Shown: positions 31,074 to 43,369 of the stretch, piece after piece
How the letters are laid out: each line of letters begins with the position of its first letter
Numbering within the stretch: position 1 is the stretch's first letter
Source: Cyanidioschyzon merolae
Lineage: Eukaryota
DNA length: 64,000 nt
Strand: one strand, 5' to 3'
Assembly: GCA_000091205.1 (NCBI GenBank)
Contig: AP006495.2
The notes under the pieces: model-generated
Told to the model about the DNA's origin: nothing
What the model saw: the letters and a program-made list of their open reading frames with translations, nothing else
The model's database searches: none
Made by a program: the position numbers and the translations under genes

Positions 31074-32003
31074 CGAGTCCGATGGCGCAACGATGGCAGG
31101 TGGTGGAATGGTTGAGCGCGGGAGAGCCTTGCACAGCCTCTGAGGCACCGGGGCGAATACCGATCGCACCACCAGCTCTGTACGCACGGATGCGTGGTTG
31201 TGTCTATGCCAGCAGAATCCCGATACTTGAAGGAACGCAGACTGTGCGTGCCCTCTGGATGCGGCCTTGATAAACTGTCGCATGGTTTGGGAAAACGCAT
31301 CATAAACGCTGCGAGGAACACGCGCCTTTTGCATCCAGGGGTGAGCCGGTGTGCGCTGCAGTGCAGCACTCCAGCATTACTGGCATCAGAGACCCGGGTG
31401 CAGTGTGTACCCCGAGGCCTTGCCTCAGACGCAGGGACTTCTTTGTGCAATGCTACCGGGGCAAAACAATGCGCGAAGACACAGAATTGCACTGCGTTCT
31501 TTACGATGATACCAGATCCCTGAACCTAGCTGGCTCTATTGCCGCGGCAACGCACATACGTCAAATAATTACGCTTTTGAAATGATTGCCATCCGCGCTC
31601 TGTCGTGTCGCGGTTTTGGCAAAGGACTCCATCCGAAGGATGCTTTCGGATAGTGAAGTGCTCAGTGGCAATGTACGCTTCCCCATGAATTGTTGGTGGA
31701 TCTGCTTTTCAGCATAGGACACAGTGCGAGCATGCACCTACAGATGAGGTTCCTTCATCTAACTCCTCTAGTCGTGCATGCAGTCTTCAGCAATCGTTTT
31801 GATCGGATAAGGTTCTCCTTGCGGCTTCGATGCAGTGATGAATAGGTTCAGCGGTACCTGTATCGTGCACGGTGCCGAGTCAGTGCTTTTACGCTCGCGC
31901 TTCCCGGGGCTATCGTTCATCGTCAAGCTTGCGCGCGTACGAGCGTCTATGGCTATAGCTGCGTGCCCGTTTGCCATAGCGTTCCATGGTATGGCCGGAC
32001 ACC

Positions 32004-32645
32004 TCAAGCGTAAAAGACTGCCTCCACGACCTGATCATGTGCTGATACCGGCACCTCGGTGACCAGCTGGCATGAAAGCGCAAGACCAACTCTTCGAGGC
32101 GGAGGAAGCTGCATCTCGAGATGCAAATGCTCACACGTCGCCAGAAAGGTGTCGTAGTAGCCCTTGCCGCGACCCAGTCGACGACCGAACGTGTCAAAGG
32201 CGAGTCCGGGCACGACAATGAGGTCGAGAGGTTTTCGCTCTCGCTCAACCAGCGTGCGCATTTCTCTTCTGACTTGTCCGTTCCACGTAGAAGGCGGCTC
32301 CCGAATACCCATGGCGTTCAGGGGCCAGCTCTCGACGTCCTGCAGACCGTGGGCCTCCAAAAACAACATCTTTCGCACTGATCCTTCATCCACACGGGGC
32401 AGAAAAACGCGTTTCCCTTCAGCAAAACAGGCGGCAAGCAAATCAGTCGTCTCCACTTCGCTAGTCGGCATGTGGCAGAATGCCGCTACAGTTCGTGCAG
32501 ACCGAAACACCTCCGAGTTGGTGAGCAGTCGGCAGGCTTCCGCGGAACGCTCTCGCAACTCGTTCCTTGAAACCTGCCGAAGCAGCTCCCGCATGCGCTT
32601 TCGAAGTTCACGTTTCATCAAAAGCACATCCTGCGTGCTTCCCAT
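32004..32645 (-). CDS. 5-formyltetrahydrofolate cyclo-ligase (MTHFS family).
   Basis: 213 aa. N-terminal KRELRKRMRELLRQVS, then VAAFCHMPTSEVETTDLL, and the C-terminal signature PGLAFDTFGRRLGRGKGYYD. Confidence 0.75.
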   Translation of the reverse strand: MGSTQDVLLMKRELRKRMRELLRQVSRNELRERSAEACRLLTNSEVFRSARTVAAFCHMPTSEVETTDLLAACFAEGKRVFLPRVDEGSVRKMLFLEAHGLQDVESWPLNAMGIREPPSTWNGQVRREMRTLVERERKPLDLIVVPGLAFDTFGRRLGRGKGYYDTFLATCEHLHLEMQLPPPRRVGLALSCQLVTEVPVSAHDQVVEAVFYA

Positions 32646-33189
32646 ACCCTAGGCGTGACAACTCGAGTGCTTCGAGGCGCTCACTGGTCGCCTCGAGGTC
32701 AGCAGGCAGCAGACAAGCTGAGCTAGCGTTCGTCGAAGAGCGGCATACGCTTCATACGTATCCGAGTGAAGTGCACCACGGGATGCTGTGCTTTGTTCCT
32801 ACATCTCGGAGTATTTTCCGAACGAAAGTTTAGATGTGCAAAGTCGGCTTTCGACGTGCAAAAAGTAAGAGCTTACGGACGCATACAAGTAGCCTCAGGA
32901 TTCATGTCACGCTGTTCGACGTGGCTCTTTCGACGCTTTGCCGCTGGAATTCGGTACGTGGCCGGAATGAGGACGTTTCACGCCTCCTTCGAACTAGTTT
33001 TCGTGAAGCAAAGGATATCAATCGTCAGTCCATATGGATAAGCCTCCGGTCTTCTCCGTTCCTTATGTGCAGGATGTTCAAATCGCGCGTGCTTCAATTT
33101 TATGGATCTCTCGCTAAGGAACGTTATAGGCGATGTGGGATTGAAGGGGAATCCAAAAGCGGGGCGTCATTCCAGGATGCGTTCTTCGC

Positions 33190-33960
33190 CAGCTCAAGCC
33201 GAAAAGTCCCTGAGTTTCTCACCCAAATATTCGATTGCGTTCGAAAGACAAACCCTCCTGTGGCTGTGACCAGTGACACAACTGCATTCGACAGCACCGG
33301 CATGCTGCATTTCGGGTGACACGCTCCCAAACGCTTCCGTATCTTCTGTTTGCATCGAAAAGGCTCTTGTCTTCGGAATTGAGTCATCGCATCCACTGGG
33401 TCCAGCGGAGAGCGTCTTCATCGCTTTGCACAATGGGAACGGTGACGGGCAGACACTTGTGCTTATGATCTCCAGCCTGGATTTTGTTTTTGGTATTCGA
33501 TTTATGATGGAATTCATCACGTTCCATAAATCCTCGGTCAGCGGGAATAGCCTGCAACCGCCCGTGCACCAGACAGAATACTCCCGGAGGACATCACTCA
33601 GAAGAAGCCCCAGATCGTTGGATGCAGCACTGAGCGTTGAAAACGAGAACAGTATCCAATGGAGCCTTCTGGATCCGAAGGGGTATGAACAGAGCGACGC
33701 AGCGAGCCTGGACGCGCGACACAGCAGCGCTCGGAGCACGGGCAGGTCTGACACATGCATTCGGGAGGGCCTGACCACAACCAAGTGCCACAGCTAGAGA
33801 GTTTGCACAGAAGTTGTATACCAAGAGGCTCGAAATGGCAAGCGAACCGTAGATTGCATCTCCCGTCCGTGAACGCAATGCGTCGCAAACAACCAGAAGC
33901 GTCCGAATCGGGATGCTGACGCTACCGCCACCGTGCTTTCACTGCTGACATCGGAGCCGC
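33190..33960 (+). mobile_element. Family II TnpB/Fanzor-like relic, copy J.
   Basis: 5' module homologous to copies G, K, I and H. A possible RuvC-I-like WSLLDPKGYEQSDAASL. A Cys pair TCIREGLTTTKCH, then ...NGKRTVDCISRP..., then the RuvC-III relic NRDADATATVL (33906..33941), collinear with copy H. Confidence 0.5.
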
Positions 33961-34425
33961 AAAGAAATGAGAGACGGGCGTATCTAAAATCTGAGATAAG
34001 AGAGAGCAAACGGGCGCTGTTGCAGAAAATCCCCGCACACACAAGTGTTGGCGGCAGTGGAAACAGTCTCGAGCTTTAGAGAGCGCGTCCGAATTATGAG
34101 ACCTATTCCGTTTTAGGTGGATCCAGGTGTAGCGCTTTCGTCGTAAACGCAACGCACGAGTTCCAGTTCCATGCGATGCGCGAGACGCTGCCAGGCAGCG
34201 CGAGTGCTCGTTCTACCGCAGTCACCCGCTGGTACTGCCGATACCTTCGTGCTGTGCTCGCGTTTCGAAACGGGAACATGGCTCGTGTCGTCGCGCTGCT
34301 GCGCCCAAGTGTCAAGTTGTACGTCGCTCACGCTTTCGCTCAGCGTCAATAGATATCACTTGATCCTTTACAAAGCGCACGGCATCCATACTCCGTATCA
34401 TCGTACCGGATCGTTCGCTCGATGC

Positions 34426-36444
34426 TCAGCGATTGTCAGGAGCAATAGACGGTATGAGGGTGCTCGCCGCGATCGGCGGTGTTGCTAGCTTGGTTGCCGC
34501 TGCATCACTTGAACGTTCCTCTTTGCGCAACTGGGCTCGCCAGTGCGGCGTGTAGCGTTTGCCTCTGCCTTGCCAGCGTTCGCAGAGCGACAGATGTCGT
34601 AGATTGGCGGCCTCGCCGCCGTACAGCTCAGCGTGGTTACGGAGAGTCAGGTCCCATTCCCAGTCATGTTCGCGCAGATCCAACCCGGTTGCATCCGGAA
34701 GGAAGATGAACGTCGCCAGGAAACCGATGACGGCAGCAGCGGCAGTAAGGATGAATATCGTTCGAATGTCGACGTAGCCGAAGGTGAGCGTCGAGACCAG
34801 TGCGCCTAGTTTGCCGCAAAAGGCGCTGAGGCCGTGCGCACGAGCTCGCACTTCGCTGGGGTAGAGTTCGGCAGCACCGACGTAGGTCACCACGTTCGGT
34901 CCAACCTGCGAGAAGAAGGAAGCCAGAATGTAAAGTGCGATCAATGCATGACGGTTACTTGTTCGGAAGTGCTCATAGGTCCCAGCGAGTATCGCGAAGA
35001 ATACCGCGATCATCGCGAAGCCAAAGAGCTGCAGTCGGCGTCGTCCGCACCACGGCTGGTCGATGATCGCTGCCGCGAGGTAGTAACCAACCAGGGAGAC
35101 GCCATTGTTCAGCACGATCCACGCATTCTGGATAAGGAGATCAGCATTCTCGTTGATACCGTTGAATATGGGACCCGAGTAGAGACGGTTTCCGTACAGA
35201 ATAACATCATTGAGGAACCAGGTAAAACCGGTCCCGATTAAACGTGACCAGTAGTAGCTGAGTAGCTGGCGATATTCCGAGCGGCTGGAGCGGAGCGTCA
35301 ACACGCGACGGCGTCTCGCCTCCCGTCGTTTCGCCGCTCTCTTGAAGACCTCGTCCTCCTGAACAAAGTAAAACCGATGGATCAAAAGTCCGAACAACCA
35401 AAGCGCGCCGACACCGTACACAAAACGCCAAACAAAACTCAGGGCTCGTTGAGAGTACCCCATTTCGTTATTCGATTGGATGCGGCAATTCGGCGCAGTC
35501 TGCTTGGCAACCGCAATGGCAACTAGGGTTAGCAGCGACCCAAAGAGGATGCCAATGCCTTGCATGCTGAAGACCAGCGTGATGGCAGCGCCTCGCAAGC
35601 GTCTCTGGATCTGATGACGCTCATGAGCGGAGGTTTCCTCGATTTTCTGTTTGTGTTCAGCGGCACGAGAGGCGGATATCGGGTACTCGCCTCCAATACC
35701 GATGCCTAAAAGTCCGAAGAATGAGCTGAGGACAATAAAGATGGTACTGATATCCACAGAATATACAAATGTCATGACAAGGGCGCCTGTAACCATAACC
35801 GCTGCCGTGCAGATACTCCCGATACGACGGCCTAGGGCGTCTGCGACCCAGCCAAAGCCCAGCATCCCAAGCATGATACCACCGAAAACGACACAGGAGT
35901 TTGCAATAAGAATACTTCTGGTGCACGTGTCGCGAGAAGGGTACCCTCCGCCGGGGCCGGTGCAGAAGCCCGGAATATTGTCCTGGCAGGGGGCACTTGT
36001 GCACTGCGGAAAGAGACCCGGACAACGCACTTGGTTGGCGCAGTTGACGCTTCCATGCACTGCTCCGAGCCAGCAAGTTGGATAAGCCGCTTCCCAGACC
36101 GTTTTAAGTTGTCCAGTGGTGATGAGGAAGTACGCTGCAATGAACATACCCGCGCCCGCGCTCATAGAGCGTATCATCGACATCAACACGGTCCAGTAGC
36201 GCGCACGAGGCGCTTGCCGCACCTCCGGGACGTCAACGCCATTCGCAGGCGTTTCTACTTCGCTCTGTGTACGCGAGAGTTGAAGCGAGTTTTCGCTTGC
36301 CTCAAACTGGAGCCCAGCGTCCGCGTCGTCGACCGCAGTTGCACGCTCCTTCGGCGCTTTGGCACGAGGCAGCATCGAAACGAAGCGTCCAGATAGACTG
36401 CAATTGATGGCGTCACGCCTCGGACTGGAGGTCTCGGACAACAC
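34426..36444 (-). CDS. Major facilitator superfamily inorganic phosphate:H+ symporter (Pho84/PHT1 family).
   Basis: 672 aa with about 12 predicted TM helices. Signature GIGIGGEYPISASRAAEH, and a central loop RRREARRRR between the two MFS halves. Confidence 0.8.
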   Translation of the reverse strand: MLSETSSPRRDAINCSLSGRFVSMLPRAKAPKERATAVDDADAGLQFEASENSLQLSRTQSEVETPANGVDVPEVRQAPRARYWTVLMSMIRSMSAGAGMFIAAYFLITTGQLKTVWEAAYPTCWLGAVHGSVNCANQVRCPGLFPQCTSAPCQDNIPGFCTGPGGGYPSRDTCTRSILIANSCVVFGGIMLGMLGFGWVADALGRRIGSICTAAVMVTGALVMTFVYSVDISTIFIVLSSFFGLLGIGIGGEYPISASRAAEHKQKIEETSAHERHQIQRRLRGAAITLVFSMQGIGILFGSLLTLVAIAVAKQTAPNCRIQSNNEMGYSQRALSFVWRFVYGVGALWLFGLLIHRFYFVQEDEVFKRAAKRREARRRRVLTLRSSRSEYRQLLSYYWSRLIGTGFTWFLNDVILYGNRLYSGPIFNGINENADLLIQNAWIVLNNGVSLVGYYLAAAIIDQPWCGRRRLQLFGFAMIAVFFAILAGTYEHFRTSNRHALIALYILASFFSQVGPNVVTYVGAAELYPSEVRARAHGLSAFCGKLGALVSTLTFGYVDIRTIFILTAAAAVIGFLATFIFLPDATGLDLREHDWEWDLTLRNHAELYGGEAANLRHLSLCERWQGRGKRYTPHWRAQLRKEERSSDAAATKLATPPIAASTLIPSIAPDNR

Positions 36445-37496
36445 CGCAAAACGTGCCTAGTAGCGTCGTCTACGCGTACTGGACAGGCGCGCCTCTGTGA
36501 CGTGGAGCCATGGCGTGTCCGGCGTCACGTATCGGTCACTTTGCCGCAGCGGTGTCCGAAAGCGCCCGTTTCTTCTTCATGGTCTAACATCGATGAGCGT
36601 ATTCAGGTTATGAACCATCATCCTCGTCGATAAGCGACCATTGTATTGGAGAATTCTAAAGAGACCTCTATCCATTGAAATAAGCATTTGCGTGTTGTAT
36701 TCTGCAGGGCATGAGCTCCCAAAACTGAATAGAAGGTAGGTTGATCCGGTACCTCTGCTGTTATTAAAGCTCTACGTGGACTCAGGCGGGCACCTACGAC
36801 AATCACCAGGAGCCGGTACTCTCGATAGGGACATTGCGGAGCTGTCCTGAGGCCCTTGTCACAGGGCGTCAGGTTTATGGACGGATTCAGAATCCCCTGT
36901 ACACGAGGTTTTCCCATCGGCAACCTGAAAAGTGACTGACGCGCTGCCACAGGTCTCTTCGATACACGCTTTACCACAGACCAGTCGTACCGGAGGAAAT
37001 AGGAGTTCGATGGGTCCAGCGATGCCCAGGGATCCGAGACTGCCCCAGACACTTGCTGCGACGCTACACTCGTGCGACATTCAAACGAAACGCTGATCTG
37101 CTTCCGCTGTTCCTGCATTTCGATCTTTTCCGAAGTTTTTTCAAGCACAGCCCCGAAAATCGAAGTGCAACAATATGCGGTGACGAATTCATGCGTAGTT
37201 TTTGGATTCCCAGCCGTCGTGTCGGATTGGCACATTCCAGGTTGTGTCGCTGGAGGTCGATGCGTCACCGGAATCCAGAGGAGGATTCTCGACGTCGTCG
37301 TACACGGGGTTCGTAAACAAAGCAACATCATAATCCAGTGCGTCCGTGCAAGCCTCCGCTTTTCTCCCTTCCTTACGTTTGGCGAGCGCTAGTCATGATT
37401 CTTCAGGTTCACGATTTGTCTGTGTCAAGGCAACTCACTCGTGGATGCAGCAACTCAATGGCATCCCTCGATGAATATCTCATAAGCTAACGCCAA

Positions 37497-38245
37497 AAGT
37501 TTACTGAAATTGTCACGTTATGTAAGCGATCTCGCTCGAGCGGCAAAAGAATCCTCCTCTGTCTGTGGCCCTCGACAAAACGGCATTCGACACCAGCAGC
37601 ATGATACCTCGAACGAGATATGCTCCACGAGGCGCCCGTATCCTCTGTTTGCATGAACAAGGATCACGGGCTCGTACTAGAGTCATCGCAACGATCGCTT
37701 CCAGCAGAGATCCTCTTAGCGCTCTGCACGTAAGGGCGCAAAGTTTGAAATTTCACGACTTGTTTTCCTTCCGGCACTCGTTTCCTCGTGGACAACGACG
37801 CTTTCCAAAAATGTTCTACCGAGTCCAACAGGATGCGCTTGCACTCGCAGCGAACAGAATACTCGCCTAGCGGATCGCCCAGAACAAGCCCGCTTTCGCA
37901 GGAGCGGCACTAAGCGCGGCAGCGGAGGATCGGAACTAGGCGCGCTTCCTGTACCCGTTATGGGTTTGCATTGAGCGATAGAGCAAACGTTGATGCAACA
38001 CAGGGCTGCCCCCGGAGAGCGCTTTGGTGTCCATACGGGAGCACCCGCCAATTATCAAAAGTAATCGCTGCGACCAGTGCTCCATGACTGTTTACAAAAG
38101 ACGATGAAGGTTGCTGGCGATGCGTAGAGATTACAACTGCCGTCTGTGTATAAAGTTCGTCGAGAGATCAGCGTGAAGCGGCAAAATCGCGGCGTTAACG
38201 CTGTGATAACCATCTCTCAACTGCTGACCACGGAGCTGGCGAGAC
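37497..38245 (+). mobile_element. Family II TnpB/Fanzor-like relic, copy K. Highly degenerate.
   Basis: 5' module 37497..37740 homologous to the other family II copies. Downstream are YNCRLCIKFVERS and, after a frameshift, KRQNRGVNAVITISQL (38185..38223). Confidence 0.4.
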
Positions 38246-39142
38246 AGGAGCGACCGGCGTATTGAATACCACGGATAAGAGCGTATGAAAGGAAGCAGTC
38301 ACAGAAAAAGCCCGTCAAGACTAGTGCTGATAACAGTGGCAAGCGATACATATTTTAGTCAGTGCGCGCGAATTCGCAAAGCGGACCCCTTCTACTCTGT
38401 CCTGACTTGTATTTGTATAAAGAAGTAGTGAACACGTCGCCCGAGTCAATGGAGACGCGGGAGTCGCGAGCTGCTGTTTCCATAGCGAACGTTGCAAGCG
38501 ATGCGAAAGGCACCACTTCGCGCATAGATATCCAGGTTTGCACTTCGATTCTTCAGAAATGAGCGGTCTCATCCCGTCGTTGCGGAAGTAGTACACTGAT
38601 TCTAGCTTCCTCCAGTAGGCTCCAGGTACGAAGCAGCCTATGCTTTGGGAAAGGTGTTCGACCTTTGGACCCGCAGTCGCTTTTGAAACCTGCTAGCAAA
38701 GCCGCTCACCGCATACGAAGCCGCGTATTCTCTGCGAATAAAAAGTCCGACGTTCAGGCATGAAACCGTTTCGAAACTTTCCAGCGGAGCCTGCATTTCC
38801 AGTAGAACTCAACGAGACGCTAAGACCGGCTACATATATGGCTGGGTACTCGCCCGGTTAGCAGGTACGCTCGCTGAACCTGTGCCCGTTCACGACGCGT
38901 TTCAGTCCCTAGCGCTTGTCGACAGCGGTGCTCGTGAGCAGCAGCTCGTTACAGCGCACATTCAATGAGACATGTAGACTGCTGCAGTCCCGAGCAACGC
39001 CCTTGCCAAGTAACGGGTACCGAGATCCACCGTTTGTACTGCCGCAGCGCCTTGTCGCTGACGTCCAGCTCGCTGGAACCCAACACCGCTTTCAGGGCGA
39101 GCGCGGCGACGCCCTAGTTCGCGTTCCAGCGAGCCGGTCTCT

Positions 39143-42100
39143 ATGCTAGGTAGCTCCGGTGCAAGTATCCAGCGGACCAGGGAGGTTCAGTCCCCAAAAC
39201 GTCGTGGTGACGTTCGATCTTTTGGTCATGCAAAGGCGGCAGGTGTCAGGTCACCACAGGTGACGGGATTCGTCCCGGAACTATGTCCACGCTGGGGCGC
39301 ATGCCCTGCTAGGCAGACTCGTCGCAGACACACAGCAGCGCACTGTGTCGTGCGTCCAAGCAGCGTCTATCCGCGAGCAGTGTGCTCCTTCGTGAGCAGC
39401 AGCTGGAGGCTCGCACTGAAGCACATCGAGACAGCGTCAACTGGGAGCGTCCAGCGACGCTTGCTCGGCCTACAAGCGTCGTCAGACTCGAAGGACTCGA
39501 CTGGGGCACCAACGGCGCGTTTGGAGCCGGTTTTTCAGACCGCAGAACACGTTGCTGCGCACTATGCGGTGGAGATTGAAGCTGGACTCAGTACGAGCCG
39601 TGCTCGCGAACTCTTGCGCATTCATGGACCGAACGCGCTTCCCGAACCGGAACCACAGACGCTCGTTCAACGAGTGCTCAAACAGTTTGACGATCGTCTG
39701 GTGCAGATCCTTCTGGTCGCTGCCGGCATATCCTTTACGTTGGCAGCAACAGCAAAGGAGCGAACGGCTTCCGCGTTCCTAGAGCCTGTCATTATTCTAA
39801 CGATTCTGCTCTTGAACGCTGGTATCGGGGCGATCCTCGAGTCGCGAGCAGACGAGTCCATCAGGGCCATGCGAGCCTATATGAGCGAGGAGGCTGTGGT
39901 TGTCAGGGATCAGGGCGCTAGGTCGTGTATACCAGCGCGGGAGCTCGTGCCTGGTGACGTCATTGAACTACGAGCCGGTGACCTGGTGCCAGCGGATGCT
40001 CGTGTCGTGCGGTTACTCTCGAATACGCTCCAAGTCGACGAGTCGATTCTCACCGGTGAGTCCCTTGCAGTGGACAAATACGTTGAGGCAATGGAGCAGG
40101 CGAAAGATGCACGAGGCACCGGTCGACTTCCGTACCAAGAGCAGCGCAATATGTTGTTCACAGGCTCCGTGTTGACCAGGGGTCGCTGCCTCGCTATCGT
40201 GGTCGCAACTGGCGAAAATACTGCTGTCGGTACAATCCGTGGCCAACTCGTACGGAGAAGCAGCAGCAGCAGCAGCAGCAGCGCTAGTCGCAAGAATGGT
40301 GAAACGGAGTTAGCCACGGAAGCGACTACCGAAACCCCGCTGGTGGAGCAGATGAATCGCCTGGGAGACCTGCTCACCAACCTTGTGCTGGGTATTTGTG
40401 CAGCGGTATTCGCGCTCAATCTTGTACAGGAAATCCAACAAGTACCCCTTGCCATGATCATTTCACAACAACAGGTCGATTTAAGTCGTATTCTCGAGCA
40501 GGTCATCGAATCCTTCAAATTCTCGGTGGCTCTGGCTGTAGCTGCAGTTCCCGAGGGTCTGCCTGCTGTAATCACCACCTGCCTAGCCCTCGGAACGCAG
40601 CGCATGTCGAAGCGCAACGTACTTATCCGCTCCCTGCCCTGCATTGAGACACTCGGCTGCACATCTGTGATTTGTTCGGATAAGACCGGGACACTGACCC
40701 AGAATCGCATGCGCGTCGTGGAACTCGTACCGGTACATGATTCGCTCAAGGAGGCGCTCTCGCTGGTGCTTGCACTCTGTTCAGAGGCCACCCTGGATGG
40801 ACGAGGTGATCCGACGGAGCTCGCATTGCTGCGAGCCGGCGAAGAGCTGCGACCCTCCGACAGTAACCGAGCATTCTGGGAGTCGCATGCACGAATCCTG
40901 CAGGTCAATGAGTTCGATCGTGTTCGGAAACGCATGAGCGTCGTCGTTACCTGCAGCGTGCCGGTTTTGTCGACGGCGAATACGAACGATCACAAAAGCA
41001 CCTACACGTATTCACTAGTCAAGGGCGCACCAGAGACTGTTCTGGAACAGTGCTCCTTCGTTGAGCCAGACGCTGTAGCATACTGGTCAGAGCAGACGAG
41101 GGAACGCTCACGTAGCGGTCTTCGCTGTATTGCACTGGCTATCCGAGAATGCACCAGCGACGCTGCACAGGACAGTGCCGAGAAACAGCTCACGTTCCTG
41201 GGACTCGCTGCCCTGCAGGATCCTCCGCGTCCAGGAGTCCGTGAAGCGATCGCTCGCTGTCGACAAGCAGGTATTCGGGTAGTGATGATCACGGGGGATC
41301 ACGCCTTGACGGCATCTGCAATTGCCGCTCAAGTCGGTATCCTCGATACCTCCATGATCGCAGATGCCGCAGCGGAGAAGAGCGGTACCTTGACGCCTAC
41401 AGTGGTGCTCGGTGCGGACCTCGAGAGCAACCGTTACACCCCAGACCAAGTGGCAGCAGCGCGAGTGTTTGCACGCGTCGAACCGAAGCACAAGCTACAG
41501 ATCGTCGAGACGCTGCAGCGGACCCGCAGCGAAGTCGTCGCCATGACCGGGGACGGTGTCAACGATGCACCGGCGTTGGCTGCTGCGGACGTCGGCGTCG
41601 CCATGGGAACCGGAACCCAGGTTGCAAAGGCCGCTGCCGACATGGTCATTGTCGACGATAATTTCGCTACGATCGTCTCAGCTGTGGAAGAGGGCCGCTC
41701 CATCTACGCCAATATGCGGCAGTTCATCCGCTATCTCCTCAGCAGCAATATTGGTGAGGTGATTGCCGTCCTGGTGAGCTCGCTTTGGCTGCACGTTCCG
41801 GAGATTCTGTCACCGGCGCAGTTGCTCTGGGTGAACCTCATTACCGACGGTTTACCTGCCATCGCGTTGAGTTTCAACCCGACGGATCCGGAGGCCATGC
41901 AACGGCCGCCTCGTCGGCGCGATGAACCCTTCCTACGTACCCAGGGTGGACTCGGTGGTGACCTTGCCCGTTATCTGGCGATTGGTACATACGTTGGTCT
42001 CGCTTGCGTCTTCGGATACCGTGGATTCATAGACAACACCGTCCAAGCGCGCTCCGTGGCCATGTCAGTGCTTGTCACTGCCGAGATGGCCAATGCCTTG

Positions 42101-42370
42101 AATGCGGTATCGGAAACCGAGTCGATTATCCTGCAGCCACATTTGATGGTGTCGAATCGTTGGCTCCTGGGTGCCGTGCTTGCCTCAATGGCACTGCAGC
42201 TGATCGTGCTTGAGAGTCCTCTGTCGCAGACAGCTTTTGGAGTCGAGCGCCTTTCTCTTGGGGATTGGCTATTTGTGGTGGGCGCCTCCGTTCCCGTCAT
42301 TGCCGTTGATGAAGTGTTCAAATTCTTTCTGAGAAGAGCGCGGGCGAAACGGTCGAGTCAGGGTTCGTGA
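39143..42370 (+). CDS. P-type Ca2+-transporting ATPase of the type IIA (SERCA-like) family. The start codon is uncertain; the first roughly 130 codons may be a leader or non-coding.
   Basis: ICSDKTGTLTQNRM phosphorylation site. TM4 AAVPEGLPAVITTCLALGTQRM. KGAPE, MITGDH and MTGDGVNDAPALAAADVGVAMG hinge motifs. Ten predicted TM segments. A poly-Ser insertion sits in the actuator/P-domain linker. Confidence 0.85.
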   Translation: MLGSSGASIQRTREVQSPKRRGDVRSFGHAKAAGVRSPQVTGFVPELCPRWGACPARQTRRRHTAAHCVVRPSSVYPRAVCSFVSSSWRLALKHIETASTGSVQRRLLGLQASSDSKDSTGAPTARLEPVFQTAEHVAAHYAVEIEAGLSTSRARELLRIHGPNALPEPEPQTLVQRVLKQFDDRLVQILLVAAGISFTLAATAKERTASAFLEPVIILTILLLNAGIGAILESRADESIRAMRAYMSEEAVVVRDQGARSCIPARELVPGDVIELRAGDLVPADARVVRLLSNTLQVDESILTGESLAVDKYVEAMEQAKDARGTGRLPYQEQRNMLFTGSVLTRGRCLAIVVATGENTAVGTIRGQLVRRSSSSSSSSASRKNGETELATEATTETPLVEQMNRLGDLLTNLVLGICAAVFALNLVQEIQQVPLAMIISQQQVDLSRILEQVIESFKFSVALAVAAVPEGLPAVITTCLALGTQRMSKRNVLIRSLPCIETLGCTSVICSDKTGTLTQNRMRVVELVPVHDSLKEALSLVLALCSEATLDGRGDPTELALLRAGEELRPSDSNRAFWESHARILQVNEFDRVRKRMSVVVTCSVPVLSTANTNDHKSTYTYSLVKGAPETVLEQCSFVEPDAVAYWSEQTRERSRSGLRCIALAIRECTSDAAQDSAEKQLTFLGLAALQDPPRPGVREAIARCRQAGIRVVMITGDHALTASAIAAQVGILDTSMIADAAAEKSGTLTPTVVLGADLESNRYTPDQVAAARVFARVEPKHKLQIVETLQRTRSEVVAMTGDGVNDAPALAAADVGVAMGTGTQVAKAAADMVIVDDNFATIVSAVEEGRSIYANMRQFIRYLLSSNIGEVIAVLVSSLWLHVPEILSPAQLLWVNLITDGLPAIALSFNPTDPEAMQRPPRRRDEPFLRTQGGLGGDLARYLAIGTYVGLACVFGYRGFIDNTVQARSVAMSVLVTAEMANALNAVSETESIILQPHLMVSNRWLLGAVLASMALQLIVLESPLSQTAFGVERLSLGDWLFVVGASVPVIAVDEVFKFFLRRARAKRSSQGS
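40260..40283 (+). repeat. (AGC)8 microsatellite inside the Ca-ATPase CDS.
   Basis: AGCAGCAGCAGCAGCAGCAGCAGC encodes SSSSSSSS. Confidence 0.9.
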
Positions 42371-43369
42371 ATCGTGACTACCGGAAAAGGGAGCGCAGGC
42401 TTGGGCACTTGCGAAGAGCATTTTGCTAGAAACCGGCAAGTGCTGGCCTTGTCCTGGATGTATGTGCTGCATCACTGCATGACACCTGAAATGACGCGCT
42501 CGCCTCTGTCTAGCACGCCTGGAGACGAAGAATTCTATATCCTTTCTCTTTCTGCTGCTTGCGGATGAGGCATTGCTCATTGCAAATAAGTAGTTGCGCA
42601 TTGCTTGCTCCTTACATAAATGTTAAAGCGATCGATGGCTGTGTCCATGCCCGCTCTGACTGGGTTCATGTGAGGCGCTTTTACCTTTTGCCGAAGCGCG
42701 TTCCATGGTTATGCTCACCTCATGGAGAACATGTCCGACGTACATGTTGGTACCACAGTGCTCGAGCCTTTCGTAACGCTTCTTGAACGGCCACGATTGG
42801 GGTACTGCTATTCCAAGCTCGAGAGTGAATGTTTGTAATGCCTCGTCGTCAACGTCGTTTCGGCAAGTCCGTCGTGCACACACCGTCACACACACACACA
42901 CTTGCACGTGCACTTTTCAGCGATGCTTCTTCTTGGAATATTCTCACCTCAGGTTCAGGGACCGTTCAGAATATGTCTCTCACATGATCGCTGGATCATC
43001 GATCGGTACTCGATGTCGAACTGGATCCCCCGGTCCGTATCTCGTCCAACGAAAAGCGTCAGCAGAGGCACGCCGCATCGCCCTCGGTTATATGCGCTTT
43101 CTGGTTGCGCATGCGAGAGCCTCTGGTTCCATTCGTCGGCCCAGTAGCATCCAAAAGATGTCCGGTAGTTATTCCAATGCGTCGTTTGAGCGCTGCGAAG
43201 GAGTGCGTCTCATCGGAGAGCCCTGACGACAAGCATCCGCCATCGCGCTGTGTGTCTGCGCGCCTCCGTATGCAGCTTCGCGCTCGACGAACAAGCGACG
43301 CTGCTTCGCTTCTGCATCATCATCGTCGGCCCCGGAATCATACACTGCTCACAACCACGCACGCCGTTA

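Noticed and set aside
36618-37331. 237-codon minus-strand ORF
   Set aside because: No recognisable motif and a low-complexity composition. It lies between the phosphate transporter and element copy K. The evidence is too weak to call a gene.
39910-40935. 341-codon minus-strand ORF rich in Ser/Arg
   Set aside because: Antisense shadow inside the Ca-ATPase CDS, with a low-complexity translation.
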